Of a stretch of 64,000 nt of DNA, positions 17,242-26,391 are shown in pieces. The stretch's first letter is position 1, and every line of letters begins with the position of its first letter. Source of the DNA: an uncultured Pelagibacteraceae bacterium (GTDB lineage: Bacteria > Pseudomonadota > Alphaproteobacteria > Pelagibacterales > Pelagibacteraceae). The stretch covers positions 1,795 through 65,794 of the forward strand of contig CABXVQ010000001.1 of the NCBI GenBank assembly GCA_902515605.1, written 5' to 3'. A program made the translations under genes and the position numbers. The notes under the pieces were generated by a model. It was not told the DNA's origin. It saw nothing but the letters and a program-made list of their open reading frames with translations, and did no database searches.

Positions 17242-18303
17242 TTAGAAGCAAACTATATGATCAATATGAATTGGCCTTTTGATACCAAATTTTTCGTCAA
17301 CTTCATGTTGATGGATATGATGGGAGTGAACAAAAACTGGAATTAAGGTGTTACTGGGAGTTTTAAGCGTATAAATAAAATTAGTACCTCTAAACTTTCT
17401 GTCCACCACTTCAAATTTTAAATTACTTTTATCATCATGGTGTAAGTCCTCTGGTTGTACTAAAAGCTTTACTTTTGATCCTATTGGAAAGGGTTTAATA
17501 AAATTACCAGTAATTGTTCCAAGATCTTTATTCTCTAAACTTTTAGGACTTGTTACTTCTGCAGGAATAAGTGTTCCTCTATTTAAAAAATTAACTACCT
17601 CAATTGAGTTTGGTAAATGATAAACATTATACGGATCATCAAATTGTTTTAGTTCTTGATTTAAAATTATTCCACATTTAGATCCTAAATAAAAAGCTTC
17701 ATAAGAGTCGTGAGTAACAATAATTGTGGTAATTTTTGAACTCTTTAATATTTTCTTCAATTTTTCCTGTATTTCTTCCTTAAAACTTTGATCCACATTA
17801 GATAATGGTTCATCTAGCAATAATAAGTCTGGCTGAGTTACTAAAGATCTCGCAAGAGAAGCTCTTTGTGCTTCGCCAGCACTAATTTCATGTGGATATT
17901 TATTTAATATTAAAGAAATATCTAATAACTCTATAATTTCTTGTAAGCTGACTTGATGATCTTTTTTACCTTTATTTCTTTCTGCACCTAATGATATATT
18001 TTTTTCTACAGTGTAATGTGGAAATAAACTGTTTTCTTGAAACGCAAGAGATATATTTCTATCCTCTGGCTCAAGATTTTTTTTTTCTGAAGATAATATA
18101 CTTCCCTTAAGTTCAATTGATCCTTTTTTAATTTTTTCTAAACCTGCAATTGTTCTTAAAATAGTAGTTTTTCCGATACCGGATGGACCTAAAAGACAAA
18201 TCACATCGCCTTCATTTTCAATAGCAAAAGATACATTGGCTACTTTAGTTTTGCCTCCAACTTTAAAATCAACATTTTTAACTTCAAAAAAATTATTACT
18301 CAT
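17242..18303 (-). CDS. fbpC: Fe3+ ABC transporter ATP-binding subunit (FbpC-type)
   Basis: GPSGIGKTT, LLLLDEP, VTHD; operon context. Confidence 0.88.
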   Translation of the reverse strand: MSNNFFEVKNVDFKVGGKTKVANVSFAIENEGDVICLLGPSGIGKTTILRTIAGLEKIKKGSIELKGSILSSEKKNLEPEDRNISLAFQENSLFPHYTVEKNISLGAERNKGKKDHQVSLQEIIELLDISLILNKYPHEISAGEAQRASLARSLVTQPDLLLLDEPLSNVDQSFKEEIQEKLKKILKSSKITTIIVTHDSYEAFYLGSKCGIILNQELKQFDDPYNVYHLPNSIEVVNFLNRGTLIPAEVTSPKSLENKDLGTITGNFIKPFPIGSKVKLLVQPEDLHHDDKSNLKFEVVDRKFRGTNFIYTLKTPSNTLIPVFVHSHHIHQHEVDEKFGIKRPIHIDHIVCF

Positions 18304-19921
18304 TGTTCTCTCTTAAAATATATTTTGAACTAATTATAATGAATAAAGAAGCGATTAATATTAAAAATAATGAAGGTACTGCAGCAGCCTCTAACAAGTC
18401 CTCGGAAGCAGAAATATATGCTGTAGTTGCAAAAGTTTCAAAATTAAAAGGTCTTAAAATTAACGTAATTGGTAATTCCCTTATTATCTCCAGTGAGACC
18501 AAAATAATTATGAATAAAAGAGAATTTCTCAAAAAAGGAATGTGAATATTCATAAATGTTTTTCTTTTTGAGTAGCCTAACAAATAAGCACTCTCATCAA
18601 CCGAAATATTAATTTTTTCATATCCTGACTTTATCCCGTTAAAAGCTAAAGAATAAAATCTTATGAAATAAACTAATACTAAACCAAGAATAGAACCAAT
18701 AAAAATTTTTTTAATCGAAGTAAATCCTAAGTATTTTACTATACTGTCATCGAACCAAGCAATAAAAGTAATAAATGCTATAGCTAATATAACTCCAGGA
18801 ATAGCATAACCCGAAATTGATAAGGTTGATAAAGTATTTAAAGTTTTATTTTTAGAAACTCTATTTCCATAATTCGAAATTAAAGAAAAAAATATTAAAA
18901 CTAAACTAGATAATAACACTAGATAAAGGGTGTTTAGTAAAAGGTTTGTAATTTGCATATCAAATAAATTTTCTGGAAATTTTATTGTCCAATACAACAT
19001 CTGACTTAATGGGAATAAAAAACTCAAAAAGAATATAGAGAAACAAAAGGTAAATGCTAAAAAAGATCTACTACCATAAAGTTTGATTTTTTCTTTTTGC
19101 TTAAGTCCACCTCTGGTATTGAAATGATATTTTGCTTTTTTTCTGGATAGATTCTCTATGATAAATAATGAAAATATGAACAAAAGCAAAAAGGATGAAA
19201 TTCTATTTGCAAAAGCTAAATCATCAAAAGTTATCCATGAGTTATAGATACCAGTTGTAAGAGTATTTATTGAAAAAAAATCTACTGCTCCAAATTCTGC
19301 CAAAGTTTCCATTGCCACAAGAGATAATCCTGCAACAATTGCTGGTCGTGCGGCTGGTAATATAATCTTATAGAAAGATTTAAATTTTGAAAAACCAAGA
19401 TTTTTACCTAGATCAATTAAGTTTTGAGATTGGTATAAAAAGGATGCTCTAGCTAATATATATACATATGCATATAAAGAGAAGCTAATTGATAATATTG
19501 CTCCAAACATACCATCAAACTTTGGAATATTATTATTATAATTTCCATCCCCAAATAAATTTTTAAGGATTGTAAAGGCTGTACCATAATTCTCAAAAAA
19601 AGCTGTCAAAGAGTAAGCATAGATGTAAGGTGGCACTGCAAAAGATAAGATAAGAGCCCATTTAAAAAAATTACTTAATGGAAATTCAAAAAAAGATACT
19701 AAATATGCTGATCCAGTGCCAATTAAGAATGTAAAAATCAATACACAAAATAATAAAACAAAAGAATTCGAAATATACTCAAATAGAAAAGTATCTTTTA
19801 AAATTTGATAATAATTAGATGTATCTTCAAAAAAGCTCGTGAATACAGTTAAAATTGGAATAGATACAAATATAGAAATTAGTAGTGAAGATAAAAACCA
19901 AACATTAAAATTTCTAAACAT
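18296..19921 (-). CDS. fbpB: Fe3+ ABC transporter permease (FbpB-type, duplicated TM module)
   Basis: LPAARPAIVAG..LV.METLAEFG and ELP.TLILRPFNFET.AT. Confidence 0.9.
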   Translation of the reverse strand: MFRNFNVWFLSSLLISIFVSIPILTVFTSFFEDTSNYYQILKDTFLFEYISNSFVLLFCVLIFTFLIGTGSAYLVSFFEFPLSNFFKWALILSFAVPPYIYAYSLTAFFENYGTAFTILKNLFGDGNYNNNIPKFDGMFGAILSISFSLYAYVYILARASFLYQSQNLIDLGKNLGFSKFKSFYKIILPAARPAIVAGLSLVAMETLAEFGAVDFFSINTLTTGIYNSWITFDDLAFANRISSFLLLFIFSLFIIENLSRKKAKYHFNTRGGLKQKEKIKLYGSRSFLAFTFCFSIFFLSFLFPLSQMLYWTIKFPENLFDMQITNLLLNTLYLVLLSSLVLIFFSLISNYGNRVSKNKTLNTLSTLSISGYAIPGVILAIAFITFIAWFDDSIVKYLGFTSIKKIFIGSILGLVLVYFIRFYSLAFNGIKSGYEKINISVDESAYLLGYSKRKTFMNIHIPFLRNSLLFIIILVSLEIIRELPITLILRPFNFETFATTAYISASEDLLEAAAVPSLFLILIASLFIIISSKYILRENNE

Positions 19922-19942
19922 ATTTGATATATATTAATGTAT

Positions 19943-19986
19943 GATTTGTATGTGTCCACTACAAATCCCCATTTGTAATGGACACA
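19943..19986 (-). other. 16-bp RNA hairpin with a competing alternative stem, upstream of the permease gene
   Basis: Minus strand TGTGTCCATTACAAAT-gggg-ATTTGTAGTGGACACA, followed by a second TACAAATC. Confidence 0.7.
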
Positions 19987-19997
19987 AGAAAGAAAAA

Positions 19998-20168
19998 TTA
20001 AAAATTAAACACTTTAAGGAGATGCGGAACTTCCTTAGATTCAATTTCTTCTAGTTTTCTTTTATTTAGTCTCTTATTGATTTTTTCACACTCCTGTTTA
20101 CATGGGGAACATGCACTGGAAGACTTATTTAAATCAATATCAGACATAAATTTTTTTTCTTCTTTCAT
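19998..20168 (-). CDS. 56-aa microprotein with CxxCxxxC (not in the ORF track)
   Basis: Hand translation MKEEKKFMSDIDLNKSSSACSPCKQECEKINKRLNKRKLEEIESKEVPHLLKVFNF*; starts 7 bp after the binding-protein stop. Confidence 0.55.
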   Translation of the reverse strand: MKEEKKFMSDIDLNKSSSACSPCKQECEKINKRLNKRKLEEIESKEVPHLLKVFNF

Positions 20169-20175
20169 TATTTGC

Positions 20176-21204
20176 TTATTTCCAACCAGCAGCTGTCATT
20201 ACTTCTAATGCGGCAGCTTGATTTTTTCCATAAGAAGCTAGTTTAGTTTTCATGTCTTGTTGAAAATCTAATCCTAAGTTATTTACTACTAATGGACTTG
20301 GTGAAACACCATCAATCATTGGAAACTCAAATGTATTGTTAGTAAAGTGCTCTTGAGATTGTGGAGTTAATAAAAACTCTACAAGTTTAACAGCATTATC
20401 TTTATTAGGTGCTCCTTTTACTAAGGCTGCACAACTAACATTCATGTGTGTTCCTCTACCATTTTGATTAGGAAAGAAAGCTTTTACTTTTTTAGCTGCT
20501 TCTTGTTGTTCAGCACCTTTTTTACCAGACAACATTAGAGCTAAATAATAAGTGTTAGCTACTGCAATATCAGCTTCTCCTGCTGCTACTGCCATGATCT
20601 GAGCTCTATCATTTCCTTTAGAGTCTCTAGCCATGTTTGCAACAACTCCTTTTGCCCATTCAGCTGTAGCTTTTTTTCCATTATTTTCAATTAATGAAGC
20701 TACAAGAGATTTGTTATATATGTTGCTAGATTTTCTTATTACTAATCTTCCTTTCCATTTAGGATCAGCTAGACCTTCATAAGACATTCCAGATAATTCA
20801 GCACCAGTAACTCTTTCAGGTGAATAATAAATTATTCTAGCTCTTTTTGCTATTCCAACCCATTTACTTGTTCTAAAGCTTTTTGGAACAGCAGCTTTTA
20901 TAGCAGCAGATGTTAAGCCACCTTGAAGATGACCTTTTGCATCCATAGCACCACATCTTCCAGCATCAGCAGTAATATAAAGATCTGCGGATGAGTCTGC
21001 GCCCTCTTCAATTATTCTTTTTTCTAAAGCACCTGATTTTCCATTTATAAGATTGACCTTAATTCCGGTCATACTTGTGAACTTGGAATAAAGCTCAGCA
21101 TCTGCTTTATAATGTCTTGCGTTAAAAACATTAACTTCATTTGCAACCGCTAAAGTTGACAAAACTAAAGATGTAATTATTGCAAAAATTGATAATTTTC
21201 TCAT
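20176..21204 (-). CDS. fbpA: Fe3+ ABC transporter periplasmic binding protein (FbpA/FutA-type)
   Basis: Signal peptide; ARHY, ADLYITAD, YNKSL, GNDR.Q, NTYY; AAGGAG RBS. Confidence 0.92.
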   Translation of the reverse strand: MRKLSIFAIITSLVLSTLAVANEVNVFNARHYKADAELYSKFTSMTGIKVNLINGKSGALEKRIIEEGADSSADLYITADAGRCGAMDAKGHLQGGLTSAAIKAAVPKSFRTSKWVGIAKRARIIYYSPERVTGAELSGMSYEGLADPKWKGRLVIRKSSNIYNKSLVASLIENNGKKATAEWAKGVVANMARDSKGNDRAQIMAVAAGEADIAVANTYYLALMLSGKKGAEQQEAAKKVKAFFPNQNGRGTHMNVSCAALVKGAPNKDNAVKLVEFLLTPQSQEHFTNNTFEFPMIDGVSPSPLVVNNLGLDFQQDMKTKLASYGKNQAAALEVMTAAGWK

Positions 21205-21228
21205 TTATCTCCTTGATTAAATTGTTAT

Positions 21229-21266
21229 TTGAGAATGCTAATTATTCGCAATGATAATGATTATCA
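21229..21266. promoter_or_regulatory. Fur-like iron box (perfect 7-1-7) plus an adjacent imperfect inverted repeat
   Basis: TGATAAT-g-ATTATCA at 21252-21266 and TTGAGAAT-N7-ATTCGCAA at 21229-21251, upstream of the Fe3+-binding protein gene. Confidence 0.75.
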
Positions 21267-21321
21267 ATCGCAATAATGTCGCAGATACAACTTACAAGAA
21301 ATATTGGGATATTGTTAATAT

Positions 21322-22212
21322 TTATGATTTCCAATCACCAATTTTACTAAATAAAAAATTTCTAAAAGCTTGAACTCTAGCAGTATTTTTTAAGGATTGA
21401 GGATAAACGAAATGAGCCTCGGTAATTGGTCCTTCTGATTTGGGTAATACTTTAATTACATTGTTTGAATTTGTAACTAAATATTCAGGTAATGCCGCAA
21501 GTCCTACTCCAGATTCGACTGCTAAAAGAAGTCCCATCACACTATTAACTTTCATAATAGATTTCCTTTTTTTACCGTCATGCATACCAAGTTTTAAGGC
21601 CCAATCTGGATTATAAACTGGAGATGGAGCGCCTTTTCCAAACGAGATGAATTTATGTTTGTTTAAATCAGCTATTGTTTTGGGCATTCCGTATTTTTCT
21701 AAATATTTATTAGAACCATATATAAAGTACTTAATATCAACGAGTTTTTTTTGAATATAATTAAGCTGTTTTGGTCTTCTCATAAAAATACCTATGTCTG
21801 CTTGTCGGGTACTTAAATCAAGCTCTTTATCATCAAAAACTAAGTCAATTTCTATTTCTGGATTTAAACTCATAAATTCCTGGATTCTTGGAGTAAGCCA
21901 GTGAGTTCCAAAACTTCTAACTGTTGTAATGGTTAATTTTCCAGTTGGTTTATTCTTTTGGTCTCCTAATGAGGTTTCTACCTCTTTTAACTTACTTATA
22001 ACCTCATGAGCTGTTTTAAATACATATTCACCATTTTCAGTTAAAGTTAAACCTCTCGCATGTCTCTCAAATAACTGAACCTTTAAATCCTGCTCTAGAG
22101 ATTGAATTTGTCTACTAATGGCTGATTGACTAAGATTTAAATTTACTGTGGCATTAGTGAAACTACCTGCCTCAGCTACTGCGTGAAATATTTTTAATTT
22201 ATCCCAATCCAT
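21322..22212 (-). CDS. LysR family transcriptional regulator (resembles alphaproteobacterial VtlR/LsrB)
   Basis: MDWDKLKIFHAVAEAGSFT, LSQSAISRQI..LE, LFERHARGL.LTE. Confidence 0.9.
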   Translation of the reverse strand: MDWDKLKIFHAVAEAGSFTNATVNLNLSQSAISRQIQSLEQDLKVQLFERHARGLTLTENGEYVFKTAHEVISKLKEVETSLGDQKNKPTGKLTITTVRSFGTHWLTPRIQEFMSLNPEIEIDLVFDDKELDLSTRQADIGIFMRRPKQLNYIQKKLVDIKYFIYGSNKYLEKYGMPKTIADLNKHKFISFGKGAPSPVYNPDWALKLGMHDGKKRKSIMKVNSVMGLLLAVESGVGLAALPEYLVTNSNNVIKVLPKSEGPITEAHFVYPQSLKNTARVQAFRNFLFSKIGDWKS

Positions 22213-23213
22213 TATTTATTAAGGTCAACCAAAACTCTTCCTGAAATTTCACCTTTTAATATTTTAGGGTAAGTCTCGATTAACTCTTCCAAGCTAACTG
22301 TTTGAATAGATTTTTCTAGTAAGTCAAAATCAATTAAATTTGCAGCTTCACTCCAAATAAATTTTCTTCTTTTTATACTACAATTTGCAGAGTCCATTCC
22401 CCAAAGTTTAATTCCTCTAAGCATAAATGGGATAACACTTGTATTAAGTTCATTAGTATTTGCATTTCCACAAACTGCTATAATTCCATTTGGATTAGTT
22501 TGAACTATTGCATTAGCTAATATCTTTCCTCCAACAGTATCTACAACACCATCCCACAAACCTTTATCGATAAGTCTTGGATCTTTGTCAAATTCAGCTC
22601 GATTTACAACAGTTTTAGCACCTAAAGATTTTAAATAATCTGCTTTAGAATCTTTTCCTGTAACTGCAGTAACGTTGTATCCCATTTTATTTAATGCGAT
22701 CACTGCAACACTTCCGACACCACCTGTTGCTCCAGTTACTAAAACATTATTTACTTTTTCCCCAAGTAATATTTCTTCTCTTGCTTTAATTGCAAAAGCA
22801 CTCATTAATGAAGTAAAGCCAGCAGTACCAAGTATCATTGCTTGTTTGCTAGTTAAATTTTTTGGTTTTTTAACTAAAAAATCTCCATTAACTTTTGCAA
22901 CTTGAGAATACCCACCATAAAAAATTTCACCTACTCTAAATCCTGTTAAGATTACTTCATCACCTTCTTTAAAATTTGAATTTTCACTTTCTAAAACTGT
23001 TCCTGAGAAATCAATACCTGGAATATGAGGAAACTCTTTGACTAATCTTCCACCATTTTTTAAGATCATCCCATCTTTAAAATTAAGATCAGAATAATCT
23101 ACTTTAATAGTAACATCCCCGTTCTTTAAAAAACTTTTATCTATTGATTTTACCTCACGGGTAAACTCTTCGCCTTTTTGATCTAAAATTAATGCTTTAA
23201 ATTGAGCAGACAC
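22212..23213 (-). CDS. acuI: Acryloyl-CoA reductase AcuI/YhdH (MDR family)
   Basis: YSDLNFKD, PGIDFSG, GTAGFT, VTGATGGVGS, PFMLRGIKLWGMDS; GTG start. Confidence 0.85.
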   Translation of the reverse strand: MSAQFKALILDQKGEEFTREVKSIDKSFLKNGDVTIKVDYSDLNFKDGMILKNGGRLVKEFPHIPGIDFSGTVLESENSNFKEGDEVILTGFRVGEIFYGGYSQVAKVNGDFLVKKPKNLTSKQAMILGTAGFTSLMSAFAIKAREEILLGEKVNNVLVTGATGGVGSVAVIALNKMGYNVTAVTGKDSKADYLKSLGAKTVVNRAEFDKDPRLIDKGLWDGVVDTVGGKILANAIVQTNPNGIIAVCGNANTNELNTSVIPFMLRGIKLWGMDSANCSIKRRKFIWSEAANLIDFDLLEKSIQTVSLEELIETYPKILKGEISGRVLVDLNK

Positions 23214-23214
23214 T

Positions 23215-23829
23215 TTAATCTTTTGTTATGCTTATAAATCTTAGGTATCTGTTTTGATAACTAAGGTCCTCTTTAAATTGACCTAAGTAATAGTTTGTTA
23301 CTGTTGTAGCTTGCTCTTTTTTAATACCTCTCATAGTCATACACTGATGAGTGGAATCTATTGTTACAGCTACACCTTTTGCATCTAAAGATTCCATAAG
23401 GGTATTCGCAATCTGCATAGTTAATCTTTCCTGGGTTTGCAATCTTTTTGAAAATACTTCAACAACTCTTGCTAATTTACTTAACCCAACTACTCTTTCT
23501 TTTGGAATATAAGCTACATGAGCTTTTCCAATAATAGGAGCCATATGATGCTCACAATGACTTTGTACTGAAATATTTTTTTGAACAACCATATCGTCAT
23601 AACCATCGACGTCACCAAAAGTTTTATCTAAAATTTGAGCTGGATCCTCTTTGTAGCCTTTAAAATATTCTTTAAATGCTTTTACAACTCTTTTAGGGGT
23701 TTCTAATAATCCTTCTCTGTTAGGATCTTCACCCATCCAAGACAATATTGTCTTAAATGCTTCTTCAGCTTCTTTATCTGAAACTTTTTTTGAATTTTCG
23801 TTATTATCTATATCTTTAACTAATTTCAT
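23215..23829 (-). CDS. folE: GTP cyclohydrolase I
   Basis: REGLLETP.RV, S.CEHH, GLSKLAR, QERLT, H.CM.MRG. Confidence 0.96.
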   Translation of the reverse strand: MKLVKDIDNNENSKKVSDKEAEEAFKTILSWMGEDPNREGLLETPKRVVKAFKEYFKGYKEDPAQILDKTFGDVDGYDDMVVQKNISVQSHCEHHMAPIIGKAHVAYIPKERVVGLSKLARVVEVFSKRLQTQERLTMQIANTLMESLDAKGVAVTIDSTHQCMTMRGIKKEQATTVTNYYLGQFKEDLSYQNRYLRFISITKD

Positions 23830-23905
23830 GGAGAGTTTTATACCTATAAATGCGCATTTTTAAAATATTTAATATATCTATATATGTGCTACATAATTAC
23901 CATTT

Positions 23906-24373
23906 ATGTTCAAAAAAAGAGAAAATGTACTTGAAATCGAGGAAGGGAATCTCCTTTCTCCAAAATTTGATAATGATGGGCTTATTCCAGTCATTACGAT
24001 GTGCGCTAAAACAAAAGAAATTTTAATGCATGGATACATGAATGTTGAAGCTTTAAAAAAAACAATTGAAACAAAGGAAGCTCATTATTTTAGTAGATCA
24101 AGAAATGCGCTATGGCATAAAGGTAAAACAAGTGGCTTTACGCAAAAAGTAACTGAAATTAGAATTGATGATGATCAAGACTCGATATGGTTAACCGTTG
24201 ATATAGGAGAAGGATCAAGCTGTCATGTAGGTTATCGATCTTGTTTTTATAGATCTATACCTTTAGGACCAATAGATAATGGTAGAGAAGTAGAAATGAA
24301 ATTTACTGAAAAAGAAAAAAAATTTGATCCAGAAAAAGTTTATAAAGGTCAACCCAATCCTACAAAAATATAA
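23906..24373 (+). CDS. hisI: Phosphoribosyl-AMP cyclohydrolase
   Basis: GLIPVI, YFSRSR..LWHKG.TSG, DDDQD, CH.G..SCFY. Confidence 0.92.
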   Translation: MFKKRENVLEIEEGNLLSPKFDNDGLIPVITMCAKTKEILMHGYMNVEALKKTIETKEAHYFSRSRNALWHKGKTSGFTQKVTEIRIDDDQDSIWLTVDIGEGSSCHVGYRSCFYRSIPLGPIDNGREVEMKFTEKEKKFDPEKVYKGQPNPTKI

Positions 24374-24748
24374 ATGAATAAAAACCAAAAAAATGTTCTA
24401 GGTGAAAGTCTAGAAGAGTGTTCTTTAGACCCTTTAACTGGATGGTATAGAGATGGTTGCTGTAACACAGATGAGAATGACCATGGTTTGCATACTGTAT
24501 GTGCAAAAGTAACTACTGAATTTTTAGAATGGTGTAAAGAAGCTGGTAATGATTTAATTACACCTCATCCAGAATTTGGGTTTCCAGGGCTTAAAGATGG
24601 AGATGGCTGGTGTGTTTGTGCTACTTGGTATGCAAGAGCGGTAGAAGCAGGAAAAGGATGTCCAATTTTTTCAAAAAGAACACATGAAAATACTTTAAAA
24701 ATTTTGCCTATTGAAACTTTAAAAAAATTTGCAATAGACCTTTCTTAG
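24374..24748 (+). CDS. DUF2237 family protein
   Basis: NVLGE.LE.CS.DP.TG.YRDG.C, GNDL.TP.PEF.FPGLK.GD.WC.CA. Confidence 0.88.
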   Translation: MNKNQKNVLGESLEECSLDPLTGWYRDGCCNTDENDHGLHTVCAKVTTEFLEWCKEAGNDLITPHPEFGFPGLKDGDGWCVCATWYARAVEAGKGCPIFSKRTHENTLKILPIETLKKFAIDLS

Positions 24749-26368
24749 CTACATATTTCCATATTTAGGACCACCACCACCTTCTGGCGTAACCCAATTA
24801 ATATTTTGAGAAGGCTCTTTAATATCGCAAGTTTTACAATGAATACAATTCTGCGCATTGATTACAAATTTATTTACTTCATTTTCTTTCTGAATTTCAT
24901 ATACACCTGCTGGACAATATCTTTGTGCTGGTTCATCAAATTTTTCTAAAGTATAGCTAATTGGTAAATTTGGATTTTTTAATTGTAAATGTACAGGTTG
25001 ATTATCTGAATGATTAGTTCCTGTTAAATAAACTGAACTTGTCTTATCAAAAGTTATTACATTATCTGGCTTTGGATAATCAATTTTTGGCATTTCATTT
25101 GCAGGCTTTAAAGTTTCGTGATCTGCATGTTTGTGCTTAAGAGTAAATGGTAATTTACCTCTAAATAAGATTTGGTCTATTCCTGTGAAAATAATACCTA
25201 ATATTAATCCCCAACTAAAACTCGGCTTTACATTCCTAGCCTTATATAATTCTTCATGTAACCAACTATTTTTAAATTTTTCTTCAAAGATTGATAAATC
25301 TTTTTTATCATTTATATGTTCATGAATTGCTTCTGCTGCAATAATTCCACTTTTCATTGCTGTATGTGATCCTTTAATTTTTGGCATATTCAATGTTCCA
25401 GCGTCACATCCAACTAATAGTGCCCCTGGCATAAACATTTTAGGTAAACTTTGAAATCCTCCCTCAATTAAAGCTCTAGCTCCGTAAGAAATTCTTTTTC
25501 CACCTTCAATAATCTTTTTAATAGCAGGATGAGTTTTAAATCTTTGAAATTCATCAAACGGAGATAAATGTGGATTTTTATAATCCAAACCAATGACATA
25601 TCCTAAAAAAACCTGCTTATTTTCAGCATGATAGATAAAACTTCCACCATATGTATTTTTATCTAGCGGCCATCCAGCAGTGTGCATTACCATTCCTTCT
25701 TCGTGATTTTTCTCATCTATTTCCCAAATTTCTTTAAAACCAATGCCATATTGTTGAGGATCTTTGCCTTTATCTAGTTCAAAATTTTTAATTAACTGTT
25801 TTCCCAAATGACCTCTACAACCTTCAGCGAAGACTGTTACTTTACCTAAAAGTTCAATACCCGGTTCAAAACTATCTTTTTTATTTCCTTCTTTATCTAT
25901 ACCCATGTCTTGAGTTGCTACTCCTTTAACAGAGCCATCCTCGTTATATAAAATTTCACTAGCTGGGAACCCTGGAAAAATCTCAACACCTAATGCTTCA
26001 GCTTGCTCAGCAAGCCATCTGCATAAGTTTGCAAGACTGATGATATAATTTTTATGATTTTGTTGAACCGAGGGTAAAAGCCATGTTGGCCAGCTTAATG
26101 ATTTTGTTTTTCCTAAAAATAAAAATTTTTCTTTACTAACTTTAGTTTTAATAGGTGGGTTTAATTCTTTCCAAGTAGGAATTAATTCATCTAATGCTCT
26201 AGTCTCAAAAACATTTCCACTCAAAATATGCGCACCTATTTCTGATGCTTTTTCTAGTAAACAAACATTTAAATTTGAATCAAGCTGTTTAAGTTTAATA
26301 GCGGTTGATAGACCTGATGGTCCACCACCTATTATTACAACATCATATTCCATCGTCTCTCTGGACAT
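24749..26368 (-). CDS. Electron transfer flavoprotein-ubiquinone oxidoreductase
   Basis: GGGPSGL, GAHILSG, KIKGSHTAMKSG, CPAGVYE, NCIHCKTCDIK. Confidence 0.96.
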   Translation of the reverse strand: MSRETMEYDVVIIGGGPSGLSTAIKLKQLDSNLNVCLLEKASEIGAHILSGNVFETRALDELIPTWKELNPPIKTKVSKEKFLFLGKTKSLSWPTWLLPSVQQNHKNYIISLANLCRWLAEQAEALGVEIFPGFPASEILYNEDGSVKGVATQDMGIDKEGNKKDSFEPGIELLGKVTVFAEGCRGHLGKQLIKNFELDKGKDPQQYGIGFKEIWEIDEKNHEEGMVMHTAGWPLDKNTYGGSFIYHAENKQVFLGYVIGLDYKNPHLSPFDEFQRFKTHPAIKKIIEGGKRISYGARALIEGGFQSLPKMFMPGALLVGCDAGTLNMPKIKGSHTAMKSGIIAAEAIHEHINDKKDLSIFEEKFKNSWLHEELYKARNVKPSFSWGLILGIIFTGIDQILFRGKLPFTLKHKHADHETLKPANEMPKIDYPKPDNVITFDKTSSVYLTGTNHSDNQPVHLQLKNPNLPISYTLEKFDEPAQRYCPAGVYEIQKENEVNKFVINAQNCIHCKTCDIKEPSQNINWVTPEGGGGPKYGNM

Positions 26369-26391
26369 AGTCTAATTTTTTACAGATTATA

